Shown: piece by piece, positions 25,540 through 37,605 of the stretch
How positions within the stretch are numbered: position 1 is the stretch's first letter
Layout of the letters: the number at the start of each line of letters is the position of its first letter
NCBI GenBank assembly: GCA_965219085.1
Contig: OZ244720.1
Coordinates: forward strand, 96,001 to 160,000
From: Dehalococcoidia bacterium
Lineage (GTDB): Bacteria > Chloroflexota > Dehalococcoidia > UBA2979
Direction of reading: 5' to 3'
DNA: 64,000 nucleotides
Notes under the pieces: generated by a model
The model's input: the letters and a program-made list of their open reading frames with translations, nothing else
The model's database searches: none
What the model was told of the DNA's origin: nothing
Translations under genes and position numbers: made by a program

Positions 25540-26651
25540 CCACGCCCCCTCGCGCGCGGCTGGTGCTGGCCGACGGCCGCGTCTTCGAGGGCGAGGGCCA
25601 CGGCGCCGACGCGCGCGCGACCGGCGAGGTGGTCTTCAACACCTCGATGACCGGCTACCAGGAGGCCCTCACTGACCCGTCATACGGCGGGCAGATCCTG
25701 ACCATGACCTACCCGATCCAGGGCAACTACGGCGTCAACGACACCGACGACGAGAGCGATCGCGTCCAGGTGCGCGGCTTCGTCGTGCGTGAACTGACCG
25801 ACCTGCCCTCGCGCTGGCGCAGCACGCAGACGCTCGGCGCCTACCTGGAGGCGGCGGGCATCCCCTGCATCGCCGGCATCGACACGCGCGCGCTCACGCG
25901 CCACCTGCGCTCGCACGGCGTGGTGATGGGCACCATCACGCGCGACGAGTCGGCGTCCGAGGCGCTCGTGCGGCTGCGCGCGGAGCCCATGTACGGCACC
26001 GAGGATTATGTCGCAGAAGTGTCCACCGACTCGGTCTACGCCTTCGACGGCGCGTCCCCGGACTTCTTGCCTGACGACGCACTGCACATCGTCGTCGTCG
26101 ACCTCGGGGTGAAGCGCAACATCATGCGCCACCTGCGCGGACGCGGGTGCCGCGTCACCGCGGTCCCGCACAACACGGGCGCCGAGGACATCCTGTCGCT
26201 CGGCCCGGACGGCGTGCTGCTGTCGCCGGGGCCCGGCGACCCCATGCTGCTCGACCACGTCGTGCAGTCGGCGCGGGGGCTTGCCGGGCGGACGCCGCTG
26301 ATGGGGATCTGCCTCGGCCACCAGGTGCTCGGGCGGCTCTTCGGCGCCTCGACGTTCAAGCTCAAGTTCGGGCACCGCGGCGCCAACCACCCGGTACGCG
26401 ACGAGGTGACCGGACGGGTCTACATTACATCCCAGAACCACGGGTACGCGGTCGACCCGGACGGGCTCGCCGCCGCGGTGGAGGTGTCGCAAGTGCACCT
26501 CAACGACGGGACCGTCGAGGGTATGCAGCACCGTGAGCTACCATTGTTCACCATCCAGTATCACTCCGAGGCCTCACCGGGCCCGCACGACACGGAGTTC
26601 CTGTTCGATCGATTCCTCGATAGCGTGCGCAACAAGGATGCAAGCCCATGA
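25536..26651 (+). CDS. carA: Carbamoyl-phosphate synthase small subunit
   Basis: GEVVFNTSMTGYQE, GICLGHQ, SQNHGYAV, QYHSEASPGP. Confidence 0.97.
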   Translation: MTTPPRARLVLADGRVFEGEGHGADARATGEVVFNTSMTGYQEALTDPSYGGQILTMTYPIQGNYGVNDTDDESDRVQVRGFVVRELTDLPSRWRSTQTLGAYLEAAGIPCIAGIDTRALTRHLRSHGVVMGTITRDESASEALVRLRAEPMYGTEDYVAEVSTDSVYAFDGASPDFLPDDALHIVVVDLGVKRNIMRHLRGRGCRVTAVPHNTGAEDILSLGPDGVLLSPGPGDPMLLDHVVQSARGLAGRTPLMGICLGHQVLGRLFGASTFKLKFGHRGANHPVRDEVTGRVYITSQNHGYAVDPDGLAAAVEVSQVHLNDGTVEGMQHRELPLFTIQYHSEASPGPHDTEFLFDRFLDSVRNKDASP

Positions 26652-27106
26652 CCCCAGCCGTGCGCCGTGCGACTGCCGAAGACGCCGGCCAGATCTCAGA
26701 CATCATCTCCGAGGTGCTCGGGGAGGGCGTCCCCGTCGCCCTCGACGGCCCCATGACCCCCGACGAAGTGCGCGCCTGGCAGGAGCGCATGGGTGACCGC
26801 GGCGCGATCTTCGCCGTCGACGACGACGCCCGCGTGCTCGCCTTCGGGATCATCGATCCGCTCGAGGACAACCCCGACGAGTGCTTCTACGGCGCGTGGG
26901 TGCGCCCCGACGAGCGCCGCAAAGGCTACGCGACGCAGCTGGCCGAGCAGGCGCTCGCGTTCGCGCGCGAGGTCGGCTACGAGGGCATCCGCGGACGGTT
27001 GCCCGAGGGCAACGAGCCCGCGCTGTCGTACCTCTCGGCCATCGGCGCCATGGTTCCATTCACGAATCCCGGCGCTCACTTCGAGCTGCCGCTGGAGCAG
27101 GAGTAA
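26648..27106 (+). CDS. GNAT family N-acetyltransferase
   Basis: VRRAT.ED, WVRPDERRKGYATQL motif A, N.PA. Confidence 0.85.
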   Translation: MTPAVRRATAEDAGQISDIISEVLGEGVPVALDGPMTPDEVRAWQERMGDRGAIFAVDDDARVLAFGIIDPLEDNPDECFYGAWVRPDERRKGYATQLAEQALAFAREVGYEGIRGRLPEGNEPALSYLSAIGAMVPFTNPGAHFELPLEQE

Positions 27107-27109
27107 GCA

Positions 27110-27880
27110 GTGACGACTGACACGAGTTCGAGAGCCCCCGCAGACGCAGCGAAGGAGTACGCCCAGCGGCGCGAGGCCGACTGGGCCAGCTTCACCTCCG
27201 CCTCCGGCTCGCCCGGTGACTACTGGGAAGCCTGGGGCGAGGAATCCTACGGCTGGCGGCCCGAGATCAGCTTCTTCCAGCCGGTTGGCCTCGACTACGC
27301 GGAGCTCATCGAGCGCATCGAGCCGCTGCGGGCGGCCCTCGACGGCCTGCCGGGCGTGGACCTGCCGCCGCCCGAGTTCCTGCACATGAAGTTCCTGCAG
27401 CTCGGCTTCCTGCGCGCTGTCGACATCTACTGGTCGCAGGTGGAGACGTTCTACGTGAACGCGGCGCCCCGCGTACACCGCGTCGAGCCGTTCTCGCTCC
27501 ACGTCGCCGGGGTCTCGGCGCGCGAGCAGGCGGTCTACCTCGGCGTCGACGACGGCTACGTGCTGCGCGAGGTGCGCCGCCAGGTCGGCATCGGCGTCCC
27601 GAAGGCACAGCAGGTGTTCAAGGAGAAGGGCATCAAGACCGGCCCCGAGGACGACTTCGTGCCCGACATCCCGATCGCCTACCTCGTCGACGGCGGTGAC
27701 CGCGCCGCCATCATCGACGCGGTGATGCCGTACCTCCACGCTGACTTCGGCTCCTATCCCGTCAGCCACATCAAGATGGGCCGCATCGCGCCGGACCCAG
27801 AGGTGCACTACCCGAACATTGACGTCGTGGCCGAGATCAGCATGCTCGGCAAGGACTATCGAAGGGGCTACCACAACTGA
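27110..27880 (+). CDS. 2H phosphoesterase-fold protein with degenerate motifs
   Basis: PPEFLHMKF and [10 protein letters not shown] occupy the two HxT motif positions. Confidence 0.55.
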   Translation: MTTDTSSRAPADAAKEYAQRREADWASFTSASGSPGDYWEAWGEESYGWRPEISFFQPVGLDYAELIERIEPLRAALDGLPGVDLPPPEFLHMKFLQLGFLRAVDIYWSQVETFYVNAAPRVHRVEPFSLHVAGVSAREQAVYLGVDDGYVLREVRRQVGIGVPKAQQVFKEKGIKTGPEDDFVPDIPIAYLVDGGDRAAIIDAVMPYLHADFGSYPVSHIKMGRIAPDPEVHYPNIDVVAEISMLGKDYRRGYHN

Positions 27881-27927
27881 GCGAGCCCGGCCGCGCGCGT
27901 CCCGCCGACACGGAGACGCCCGACACG

Positions 27928-30900
27928 ATGCCCGCGAGTGGAGACGACTCGCGCGGGGAGCGCCCGCGCAAGGTCCTGATCATCGGCAGCGGCCCGATCG
28001 TGATCGGCCAGGCCGCGGAGTTTGACTACGCCGGCACCCAGGCCTGCAAGGCCATGCGCGAGGAGGGCATCTACTCCGTCCTCGTCAACTCCAACCCCGC
28101 GACGATCATGACCGACGAGGACATCGCCGACGTCGTCTACATCGAGCCCCTGACTGTCGAGGTGCTCGAGCGGGTGATCGAGGCCGAGCGCCCCGACAGC
28201 TTGCTCCCCACCCTCGGCGGCCAGACCGGGCTCAACCTCGCCGTCGAACTCGCGGAGGCCGGCATCCTCGATCGCTACGGCGTGCGGCTGCTCGGCACGC
28301 CGCTGGAGTCGATCCAGCTCGCCGAGGACCGCGCGCGCTTCCGCGCGCTGCTCGCCGAGATCGGTGAGCCGTCGCCCGAGTCCGAGATCGTCGAGGACTG
28401 GGAACAGGCGGTCGCGGCGCGCGACCGCATCGGCCTGCCGCTCGTGATCCGGCCCGCCTACACCCTCGGCGGCACCGGCGGCGGGATCGCCTTCACCGAG
28501 GAGGAGTACGAGCGAACCGTGCGCGGCGGCCTCGCCGCGTCACCGATCACGCAGGTCCTGGTCGAGCGCTGCCTGCTCGGCTGGAAGGAGCTCGAGTACG
28601 AGGTGATGCGCGACGGCGCCGACACCTGCGTGACGATCTGCAACATGGAGAACCTCGACCCCATGGGCGTGCACACTGGCGACTCGATCGTCGTGGCGCC
28701 CTCGCAGACGCTCTCCGACCGCGACTACCAGATGCTGCGCACCAGCGCGCTGAAGATCATCCGTGCGCTCGGCATCGAGGGCGGGTGCAACGTGCAGTTC
28801 GCGCTCGCCCCACGCCCCGATATCACCCCGTGGCCGGGCGAGGAGACGGCCGACGCGCTCGAGTACCACGTGATCGAGGTCAACCCGCGCGTCTCACGCT
28901 CCTCGGCGCTGGCATCGAAGGCCACGGGCTACCCGATCGCGCGGGTCGCGGCGAAGATCGCCGCCGGCAAGCGCCTCGACGAGATCACGAACTCGGTCAC
29001 GGGCCGCACGACGGCCGCCTTCGAGCCCGCGCTCGACTACTGCGTGGTGAAGATCCCGCGCTGGCCGTTCGACAAGTTCGCCTTCGGCGACCGCACGCTC
29101 GGCACACAGATGAAGGCCACCGGCGAGGTGATGGCGATCGACCGCACCTTCGAGGCGGCCCTGCAGAAGGCAGTCCGGTCCCTCGAGATGGGCGGGCGCT
29201 CGATCCTCTGGGAGCACCCCGAATGGGCCGAGTCGTTCCCGCAGGACTTCCCCGCCACCGACTACCGGCTGTGGGGCCTGCTCGCGGCACTGCGACGCGA
29301 CATCGAACCGATAGACCTCGCGCGCCGCACCGGGATCGATCCGTGGTTCATCGAGCGTCTTGGACGCGTCGTCGCCCTCGAACGGCGGCTGCTGTCCGAG
29401 GACCTCACGCCCGCGCTGCTGCGCGAGGCCAAGCGCGCCGGCTTCGGCGACACGACGATCGGCACCCTCGCCGACCGCCTGCCGGACCAGGTGCGCGCGC
29501 TCCGCGAGGAGTGGGGTCTGCGCCCCGTCTACAAGATGGTCGACACCTGCGCCGCCGAGTTCGAAGCCGTCACGCCCTACTTCTACTCGACCTACGAGGT
29601 CGAGAACGACGCGGCGCCGGAGATCGGCCGCGAGCGCATGCTTGTCGTCGGCTCCGGTCCGATCCGCATCGGCCAGGGCATCGAATTCGACTACTGCTCC
29701 GTGCAGGCGGCGCGCGCGCTGCAGGCGGCGGGCGTGCAGTCGATCCTCGCCAACTCCAACCCCGAGACCGTCTCGACCGACTTCGACACCTCCGACCGGC
29801 TCTACTTCGAGCCGCTCGACGAGGAGGCGGTACGAGACCTGCTCGACAACGAGGCCGGTGGCGCGGAGGCGCCTCCCTCGATCGTCCAATTCGGCGGCCA
29901 GACGGCGGTGAACCTCGCCGGGGACTTGCAGCGCGCCGCGCTGCCGATTGCCGGCTCCTCGGCCGAGTCGATCGACCTCGCCGAGGACCGTGGGCGCTTC
30001 GAGCGACTGATCTCCGCGCTGGGGGTGCCGCAGCCACCGGGCTCGGCCGTCCGCACGCTCGACGAGGCGCTCCCGACCGCCGAGGCGATCGGCTACCCGG
30101 TGCTCGTGCGTCCCTCGTACGTGCTCGGCGGCCGGGCGATGGAGGTGGTGCAGGACGCCAACGAGCTCGTGCGCTACTTCGGCGCCGCGCTCGCCGAGCG
30201 CTCCGGCCCCGTGCTCATCGACAAGTACCTCGAAGGCCTCGAGATCGAGGTCGACGCGGTCTGCGACGGCGAGTCGGTGCTCATTCCCGGCATCATGGAG
30301 CACATCGAGCGCGCGGGCGTGCACTCCGGCGACTCGATGGCGGTGTACCCACCGCAGAGCATCACGCCCGAGCAGCGCGACGCCATCGTCGACTACACGA
30401 CGCGGATGGCGCTCGCCCTCGACGTGCGCGGGCTCATGAACGTGCAGTACGTGATCGCTCCCGATGCCGACCCGGCCGGTCCGGGCGTGTTCGTGATCGA
30501 GGTCAACCCGCGCTCGTCGCGCACAGTGCCGTTCATCTCGAAGGTCACGGGTATCCCCCTCGTGCCGCTCGCCGTGCATATCATGCTCGGCGAGTCGCTG
30601 GCCGAGCAGGGCTACGAGGGCGGGCTCTACCCCGATCGCAACCTCGTGGCCGTGAAGGCGCCGGTCTTCTCCATGTCGAAGCTGATCGGTGTCGACACGT
30701 TCCTCGGCCCCGAGATGAAGTCGACCGGCGAGGTGATGGGCGTCGACTTCACCTTCGACGCCGCGATTCGCAAGGCGGCGATCGCCTCGAGCGTCGCCGT
30801 CGAACACCCGACGCCGTTCCTGCTGTCGCTCTCGAACCGCACGAAGGCGGAGGCGCTGCCGCTGATCCACATGCTGCACGAGCACGGCTGCAAGCTGTAC

Positions 30901-31212
30901 GCCACCGAGGGCACGGCCGCGCTCGTACAGGGCCTCGGGCTGCCCGTCGAGTTCGTCACCAAACGCCTCTCCGAGGGCCACCCGAACGTCGTCGACGTCA
31001 TCAACGACGGCACCGTCGGGGCCGTGATCAACACGCTCGAGGGCGGGCGCGCCTCGCACATGCGCGACGGCTTCCACATCCGCCGCGCCGCCACCGAGAT
31101 GCGCATCCCGTGCTTCACTTCGCTCGACACGGCTCGCGCGGCGATCCAGCCGCTCACCGCGCCGGGCTCCTATAACGTGCGGCCACTGGCCGCCTACCGC
31201 GACGGCGAATAG
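27928..31212 (+). CDS. carB: Carbamoyl-phosphate synthase large subunit
   Basis: [15 protein letters not shown], two ATP-grasp halves (IEVNPR), MGS domain. Confidence 0.98.
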   Translation: MPASGDDSRGERPRKVLIIGSGPIVIGQAAEFDYAGTQACKAMREEGIYSVLVNSNPATIMTDEDIADVVYIEPLTVEVLERVIEAERPDSLLPTLGGQTGLNLAVELAEAGILDRYGVRLLGTPLESIQLAEDRARFRALLAEIGEPSPESEIVEDWEQAVAARDRIGLPLVIRPAYTLGGTGGGIAFTEEEYERTVRGGLAASPITQVLVERCLLGWKELEYEVMRDGADTCVTICNMENLDPMGVHTGDSIVVAPSQTLSDRDYQMLRTSALKIIRALGIEGGCNVQFALAPRPDITPWPGEETADALEYHVIEVNPRVSRSSALASKATGYPIARVAAKIAAGKRLDEITNSVTGRTTAAFEPALDYCVVKIPRWPFDKFAFGDRTLGTQMKATGEVMAIDRTFEAALQKAVRSLEMGGRSILWEHPEWAESFPQDFPATDYRLWGLLAALRRDIEPIDLARRTGIDPWFIERLGRVVALERRLLSEDLTPALLREAKRAGFGDTTIGTLADRLPDQVRALREEWGLRPVYKMVDTCAAEFEAVTPYFYSTYEVENDAAPEIGRERMLVVGSGPIRIGQGIEFDYCSVQAARALQAAGVQSILANSNPETVSTDFDTSDRLYFEPLDEEAVRDLLDNEAGGAEAPPSIVQFGGQTAVNLAGDLQRAALPIAGSSAESIDLAEDRGRFERLISALGVPQPPGSAVRTLDEALPTAEAIGYPVLVRPSYVLGGRAMEVVQDANELVRYFGAALAERSGPVLIDKYLEGLEIEVDAVCDGESVLIPGIMEHIERAGVHSGDSMAVYPPQSITPEQRDAIVDYTTRMALALDVRGLMNVQYVIAPDADPAGPGVFVIEVNPRSSRTVPFISKVTGIPLVPLAVHIMLGESLAEQGYEGGLYPDRNLVAVKAPVFSMSKLIGVDTFLGPEMKSTGEVMGVDFTFDAAIRKAAIASSVAVEHPTPFLLSLSNRTKAEALPLIHMLHEHGCKLYATEGTAALVQGLGLPVEFVTKRLSEGHPNVVDVINDGTVGAVINTLEGGRASHMRDGFHIRRAATEMRIPCFTSLDTARAAIQPLTAPGSYNVRPLAAYRDGE

Positions 31213-31236
31213 GCGCAGCACGCAGCGGAGGGACCC

Positions 31237-31935
31237 ATGCAGTCACAGCAGACGGCAGCGCCCCTCCCTGATCCCCTCGACGCGATCGTGTTCGACCTCG
31301 ACGGCACGCTCGCCGACTCGATGACCGTGATCGCCGAGGCGCTGGTCGTCACCCTCGACCGCTTCGGCCACACGACAACGGTGAGCGCGCTGATGCCTCA
31401 CTTCGGCCCGCGCATGCAGGAGGTCATCCAGGCCGCGACGGGCGTCGACCTCGCCGAGGCGGACCGCATCTACGCCGACTACCTGCCTCGCTATTACGAG
31501 GAGTACATGTTGCGCTCGCGCCCCCTGCCCGGCGCCGACGCGCTCCTCGACGCCCTCGCGCCCACCGGCGTGCCGCTCGGCATCGTCACCTCGAAGATCG
31601 AGCGGGGCGCGCACGACCTGCTCGCTCATCTCGGCTGGACCGACCACTTCGGCGTCGTCGTCGGCCGCGACACGACGCCGGAGATGAAGCCCTCGCCGGT
31701 GCCAATGCGCTACGCGCTGAACGCGCTCAACGCCGACCCGGCTCGGACAGCGTCCGTCGGTGACACCGAGGCGGACATGCGCGCGGCGTCGGCCGCGGGC
31801 GTGGCCGCGATCATTGGCCTCACCGTCATCCGCACGCCCGAGCAGATGCGCGCCGCGGGCGCGACCCACGTCTGCCAGAACCTCGACGCCGTACGCGACC
31901 TGCTGCTCGCCACACTCAAGGCCCAACCGGCATGA
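31237..31935 (+). CDS. HAD-superfamily phosphatase
   Basis: FDLDGTLADS, VTSK, KPSP, VGD...D. Confidence 0.92.
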   Translation: MQSQQTAAPLPDPLDAIVFDLDGTLADSMTVIAEALVVTLDRFGHTTTVSALMPHFGPRMQEVIQAATGVDLAEADRIYADYLPRYYEEYMLRSRPLPGADALLDALAPTGVPLGIVTSKIERGAHDLLAHLGWTDHFGVVVGRDTTPEMKPSPVPMRYALNALNADPARTASVGDTEADMRAASAAGVAAIIGLTVIRTPEQMRAAGATHVCQNLDAVRDLLLATLKAQPA

Positions 31936-33083
31936 GCGCTGAGGCAGCGGGCGCCCGCGGATCGTTCTTCGAGGTCCTGAGCACGTTCCTCCGGCTCGGC
32001 GTGCTCGCGTTCGGCGGGCCGGTCGCGCACATCGCGATGATGGAGGACGAGTACGTCCGCCGCCGCAACTGGCTGTCGAGCGAGTCGTTCTCGCGCGCCC
32101 TCGCGGCGACGAACCTCGTGCCCGGCCCGAACTCGACGGAGATGGCGATCCACCTCGGCCATCGCCGCAAGGGCATCGCCGGCGGCCTGATCTCCGGCTT
32201 CGCATTCATCGTCCCCGCCGCACTCATGGTGGGCGTGCTGTCGTGGGCGTACTTCGAGTGGGGCACGACCCCCCGAGTCGACGACCTCCTGACCGGCATC
32301 CGGCCCGCCATCGTCGTGCTCGTTGCGCTCGCCGCGTGGCGGCTGCGCCGCCCCGCGATCCGCGGGCCGATGCCGATCGCGCTCGCCGCCGCGGCGTTCG
32401 TCGTCGCCGTGCTCGCGGCGCCGTGGGTGCTGTTCGTGCTACTCGGCGCGGGCGTACTCGCGCTGCTCGTGCGCTGGGCGGGCTGGACGAAGCTGCTCGC
32501 GGCGCTCCCGGCGATGCCGATGGCGCCGCACGGCTTCCAGATGGCCGCCTGGAGCGCGCCCGACGCGCTCGTGATCGCGCTCATCCACCTCAAGACCGGC
32601 GCGCTGCTCTTCGGCGGGGGCTACGTCATGATCCCGCTGCTGCAGCCCGACGCCGTCGCGCAGGGCTGGGTCACCAACGGGCAGTTCCTTGACGGCATCG
32701 CGATCGGGCAGTCCACGCCCGGCCCGATCGTGACGACGGCGACGTTCGTCGGCTACGCCGCTGCCGGCTGGTGGGGCGCGGCCATCGCCACGGCGGCCGT
32801 CTTCGCCCCCGCCTTCGTGTTCGCCCTGTCGCTCGGCCGCGTGCTCGACCGTTTCTCCGACTCGCCGAACGCGACGGCATTCCTCGACGCGGTCGCGGCA
32901 GCGGTGTTCGGCGCGATCGCCGGCGCGGCGCTGCTCCTCCTGCTCGAACTCGAGCTCGACGTGCTCAGCGTCGTCCTCGTTGCCGCGAGCGGGGTGGTGC
33001 TGCTGCGTGGACTTGTGCCGTCGTACGCGTGGATCGCCGCGGCCGGAGCGGCCGGGCTGCTCTACGGCGCCGTGGTAACGTAG
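31932..33083 (+). CDS. chrA: Chromate ion transporter (CHR family)
   Basis: AFGGPVAHIAMM, PGPNSTE, LFGGGYV, TPGP. Confidence 0.93.
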   Translation: MSAEAAGARGSFFEVLSTFLRLGVLAFGGPVAHIAMMEDEYVRRRNWLSSESFSRALAATNLVPGPNSTEMAIHLGHRRKGIAGGLISGFAFIVPAALMVGVLSWAYFEWGTTPRVDDLLTGIRPAIVVLVALAAWRLRRPAIRGPMPIALAAAAFVVAVLAAPWVLFVLLGAGVLALLVRWAGWTKLLAALPAMPMAPHGFQMAAWSAPDALVIALIHLKTGALLFGGGYVMIPLLQPDAVAQGWVTNGQFLDGIAIGQSTPGPIVTTATFVGYAAAGWWGAAIATAAVFAPAFVFALSLGRVLDRFSDSPNATAFLDAVAAAVFGAIAGAALLLLLELELDVLSVVLVAASGVVLLRGLVPSYAWIAAAGAAGLLYGAVVT

Positions 33084-33087
33084 CCGC

Positions 33088-33861
33088 GTGCGCAGCGTCA
33101 ACGTCGAGGTCACCGAGTCGGCCCGCCTCTACGGGCAGACCCACGTGCTGTGGACCACCATGCCCGAGGGGCTGCGCCACGCCACCCCCGGACAGTTCGT
33201 CATGGCGTACGCCGGCGAGGACCTCGACCCGCTGCTCGGCCGCGCGTTCTCGTTCCACCGCGTGCGCGAGGGCCCGGGCGGGCCCGAGTTCGCCCTGCTC
33301 TTCGACGTCGTCGGCCGCGGCACGGACTGGCTCGCGCGCCGCGCGCCGGGCGACGCCGTGCGCGTCGTGGGACCGCTTGGCCGCGGCTACGAGCCGCGCG
33401 CGCGTGTCGGCCACATGCTGCTGGTCGCCGGCGGCATCGGCTGCGCGCCCCTCGTGTGGCTCGCCGACCGCTTCGTGGACGAGGGCCGCGCCGTGACGCT
33501 CCTCCTCGGCGGATCGTCCGAGGCGGCGATCTTCCCGCCGCGGTTGCTGCCCGAGGCCGTCGAGGTCGTCGTGGCGACCGAGGACGGATCGCTGGGCGAG
33601 CACGGGCTGGTGACGAAGCCGTTCGAGCGGCTCCTGCCGTGGGCGGATCAGGCGTTCGCCTGCGGCCCGAACGCGATGTTCGAGGCGCTGTTCGGCGTCG
33701 TGCGCCGGTCAGGACTACGCAAGCCGGTGCAGGGCCTGCTCGAGGAGAGCATGGCGTGCGGGATGGGCATCTGCTACGGCTGCGCGGTGTTCCCGCGTCG
33801 CGGCGGCGTCAAGCTCGTCTGCACCGACGGGCCGATGTTCGACCTGCGGGACATCTACTGA
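33088..33861 (+). CDS. pyrK: Dihydroorotate dehydrogenase electron transfer subunit
   Basis: PGQFVM, GPLGRG, AGGIG.AP, MACGMGICYGC...C.DGP.F. Confidence 0.93.
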   Translation: MRSVNVEVTESARLYGQTHVLWTTMPEGLRHATPGQFVMAYAGEDLDPLLGRAFSFHRVREGPGGPEFALLFDVVGRGTDWLARRAPGDAVRVVGPLGRGYEPRARVGHMLLVAGGIGCAPLVWLADRFVDEGRAVTLLLGGSSEAAIFPPRLLPEAVEVVVATEDGSLGEHGLVTKPFERLLPWADQAFACGPNAMFEALFGVVRRSGLRKPVQGLLEESMACGMGICYGCAVFPRRGGVKLVCTDGPMFDLRDIY

Positions 33862-33889
33862 TGGGACGTCGAGCGAGGCAGGTCGTGCG

Positions 33890-34159
33890 GTGATCGGGAA
33901 CATGTTCCGCCTGTACCTCCCCGTCCTCGGCGGGCTCGTGACCGGCGCCTGGATCGGGGGCGTCGTGCTCGACGCCGATCCGGCGCTCCTCGGCTGGATC
34001 TTCGGCGCTGGCGCCGGCCTGATGGGTGGAGCGTTCATCGCGGCCATCGTCGGCAACGTGCCGCTGGCCGGAAGCGGCGGCGGCGTCCGCCACGCGACGT
34101 TCCCCGGCGACGAGCTTGGCTATGACGACGATGACGAGTGGGACGACGATCGCGAGTGA
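33890..34159 (+). CDS. Small membrane protein with acidic tail
   Basis: Two Gly-rich hydrophobic segments, DDDDEWDDD tail; start 33890 or 33902. Confidence 0.6.
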   Translation: MIGNMFRLYLPVLGGLVTGAWIGGVVLDADPALLGWIFGAGAGLMGGAFIAAIVGNVPLAGSGGGVRHATFPGDELGYDDDDEWDDDRE

Positions 34160-34209
34160 CCACCGGCGAAGTGCTATCATTGCGATAGCATTCGTGACGG
34201 GAGCCCCGC

Positions 34210-34473
34210 ATGGCAACAGTGAACGTACGACGCCTCGACGACGTCGTCGTCCGCAAGCTCAAGGAGCGGGCGGCCGCGAACAACCGCTCACTCGAGGCGG
34301 AGCTACGCCACATACTCGAACAGGTCGTGGCCGGGGACGACTATCAGGCGAAGAAGAGGGCGTTCCTCGAGTACTCGAAGAAGCTGCGCGCGCTCACGGC
34401 CGGCCGCGAGCACACTCGGGCGGAAGAACTGATCAGGGCGAGCCGGGATAGCGGCTACGGACGCGGAACATGA
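34210..34473 (+). CDS. FitA-like ribbon-helix-helix antitoxin
   Basis: VNVRRLDD.V...LK.RAA.NNRSLEAELR.IL; overlaps a PIN gene. Confidence 0.88.
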   Translation: MATVNVRRLDDVVVRKLKERAAANNRSLEAELRHILEQVVAGDDYQAKKRAFLEYSKKLRALTAGREHTRAEELIRASRDSGYGRGT

Positions 34474-34898
34474 CGCAGTTGGTGGTCGACGCCAACGTCG
34501 CGGTCAAATGGCTCGTGGACGAGGAGCAGGTTGAGGAAGCCTCCCGCGTTCTGCTGGGCGACTCCGAGCTCCACGCTCCTCGGTTCATGGCTGCCGAGGT
34601 GGCTGACGTTCTGTGGCAAAAGGCGCGCCGAGGTGAGATCGAGCCCGCAACCGCCGGCACACTCGCCGACACCGTGCATGGTCTGCCCCTGCACTGGGCG
34701 AACGACGAGGCGTTCCTCAGCGACGCCGTGCGACTCGCCATCGAGCTCGACCACCCGGCGTACGACTGTATGTACCTCGCGCTCGCGCACGAACTCGGCG
34801 CGCCCCTTGTGACCGCGGATATGCGCTTCGTGAACCGCGTCGCCTTGACCACGCACGCCAGCGCGGTCATCAGCCTCTCCGAGTATCGCGGCCAGTAG
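34470..34898 (+). CDS. vapC: PIN-domain toxin (VapC family)
   Basis: VVDANVAVKW, E, AYDCMYLALA, LVTAD acidic residues. Confidence 0.92.
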   Translation: MTQLVVDANVAVKWLVDEEQVEEASRVLLGDSELHAPRFMAAEVADVLWQKARRGEIEPATAGTLADTVHGLPLHWANDEAFLSDAVRLAIELDHPAYDCMYLALAHELGAPLVTADMRFVNRVALTTHASAVISLSEYRGQ

Positions 34899-34913
34899 TG
34901 GCGGGATGCCGCG

Positions 34914-36263
34914 TTACACCCCCACCTGGTCCATCATCGTCCCCACATCGATGTAGTGGTCGGCGAGGGCGCGCATCTCGATCGAGGTGCTGCCGCTGAA
35001 CGCGATCACCTCCACGCGCACGCCGCGGCTCTGCAGCAACTCCACCACGCTCGAGAAGTCCGCGTCGCCGGACACGAGCGCCACGACGTCGAGGCGCTCG
35101 GCCATCGTGACCATGTCGATGGCCATCTCGACGTCGAAGTTGCCCTTGATCGAGCCGTCGGCGAAGCGTTTGAGCGGCTTCGTGACGATGCGATAGTCGT
35201 ACGGGACGAACGGCGCGACGAAGCGCTGCCGCTCGACCGGCTCCCCCGGGTCGTCGGAGACGGGGGCGTAGGCCGCCGCACGGATCAGTTCACGGCCGGT
35301 CCTGAGGTAGTCGAGGAGCCTGCCCATGTCGACGGTGGCGCCGGCCGGCCCGCCCTCGCCACGCTCGGCGCCGTAAATGAGGTTCGGCACGTCCACGAAC
35401 ACACCGAGCCGCAGCTTGCGGCTGTTGCGCTCCTGCTGCTCGCGCAGCGCGTCCAGGGCCTGGGTCTGCGCCTCCATCACCGACTGCATCGCTCGCAACT
35501 GCTCGGCCAGAGCCGTGGCGTCTGGAGTGGCCTCGGCTGCAGCGGCCGCCGCCGTACTGCGCCGGCGTCGAGGCGCGGGCTTCGCCTCGGCCTGTTCCGC
35601 CTCGGCAGGCTCGGCCGCGGCTGCGGCACGACGGCGACGAAGCGCCGGCGTTGCCTCGGCCTGCTCCGCCTCGGCCGTCTCGGCCGCGGCTGCGGCACGA
35701 CGGCGACGAGGCGCCGGCGTTGCCTCGGCCTGCTCCGCCTCGGCCGTCTCGGCTGCGGCTGCGCCGCGGCGGCGTCGAGGCGCGGGCTTCGCCTCGGCCT
35801 GCTCCGCCTCGGCCGTCTCGGCTGCGGCGGCGCCACGGCGGCGTCGAGGCGCGGGCGTTGCCTCGGCCTGCTCCGCCTCGGCTGCCTCGGCAGCGGCGGC
35901 GCCACGCCGGCGTCGAGGCGCGGGCTTCGCCTCGGCCTGCTCCGCCTCGGCTGCCTCGGCGGCTGCCGCGCCGCGGCGGCGTCGAGGCGCCGGCGTTGCC
36001 TCGGCCTGTTCCGCGTCGGCGGGCTCGGCCTTGGCGGTGCTCCGGCGCGTCGAGGCAGCGCGCCTGCGTGTGGCCGGCTTTGCGGACTCCTCGGCTGGCG
36101 CGTCCTCGGCGGGTGGGTTGGCGGGCCGGCGGCCGGCGATGCGCGGGTCGTCGAGGACGCTGCCGCCGTCCCCGTCTCCCTTGGCGCGGTCGCGCGCGCC
36201 GCGTGTGCCGCGGCGCCGCGGCGTCGTGCTCTCGGGTTCTTGCTTCTCTTCGTCGGGGGCCAC
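34914..36263 (-). CDS. NYN (LabA/DUF88) domain protein with long Arg/Glu repeat N-terminus
   Basis: VFVDVPNL, KGNFDVEMAID, LVSGDADF, GVRVEV. Confidence 0.9.
   Translation of the reverse strand: MAPDEEKQEPESTTPRRRGTRGARDRAKGDGDGGSVLDDPRIAGRRPANPPAEDAPAEESAKPATRRRAASTRRSTAKAEPADAEQAEATPAPRRRRGAAAAEAAEAEQAEAKPAPRRRRGAAAAEAAEAEQAEATPAPRRRRGAAAAETAEAEQAEAKPAPRRRRGAAAAETAEAEQAEATPAPRRRRAAAAAETAEAEQAEATPALRRRRAAAAAEPAEAEQAEAKPAPRRRRSTAAAAAAEATPDATALAEQLRAMQSVMEAQTQALDALREQQERNSRKLRLGVFVDVPNLIYGAERGEGGPAGATVDMGRLLDYLRTGRELIRAAAYAPVSDDPGEPVERQRFVAPFVPYDYRIVTKPLKRFADGSIKGNFDVEMAIDMVTMAERLDVVALVSGDADFSSVVELLQSRGVRVEVIAFSGSTSIEMRALADHYIDVGTMMDQVGV
35556..36030. repeat. 69-bp tandem repeat x7 encoding AEQAEA[TK]PAPRRRRGAAAAE[AT]AE
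   Basis: CCTCGGCCTG at 35585, 35654 and onward at 69-nt spacing. Confidence 0.9.
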
Positions 36264-36273
36264 AAGCGCCCTC

Positions 36274-37314
<1,041 letters not shown>

Positions 37315-37575
37315 GGTGGATCCTCACCTGGATATATCTTCGCGGTTTCCGGCCCGACGAGGAAACCCTCGGGGCGTCATATGCGTTGTACCTGATGTAG
37401 ACAGTATGCGCCGGGCGAGCCGAGGAACGCTCGATGGGCACGCTGCCGGAAGCGGTTGGAGCGGTCGGGATGCATGTACGTTCGTGGATCTGGTCCGTTT
37501 CGGGCGCGCGCAGGCGGTGTGGAGACGGGTCATCGGCGCTTTACCGCAGTTTACAACCATTTAATGGCTTTAAGC

Positions 37576-37605
37576 TTGACACGATACATTTTTCACCGCT
37601 ATAGT
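37576..37605 (+). promoter_or_regulatory. Near-consensus sigma70 promoter
   Basis: TTGACA-18nt-TATAGT in an AT-rich patch. Confidence 0.75.

Noticed and set aside
28785-31221. Long alternative-frame and antisense ORFs over carB (likewise over MMPL, rel and the giant gene)
   Set aside because: Shadow ORFs expected from high GC3 codon bias; Arg/Ala/Pro-rich with no motifs.
35556-36030. CRISPR array
   Set aside because: Contiguous in-frame 69-bp coding repeats without unique spacers; no cas genes.
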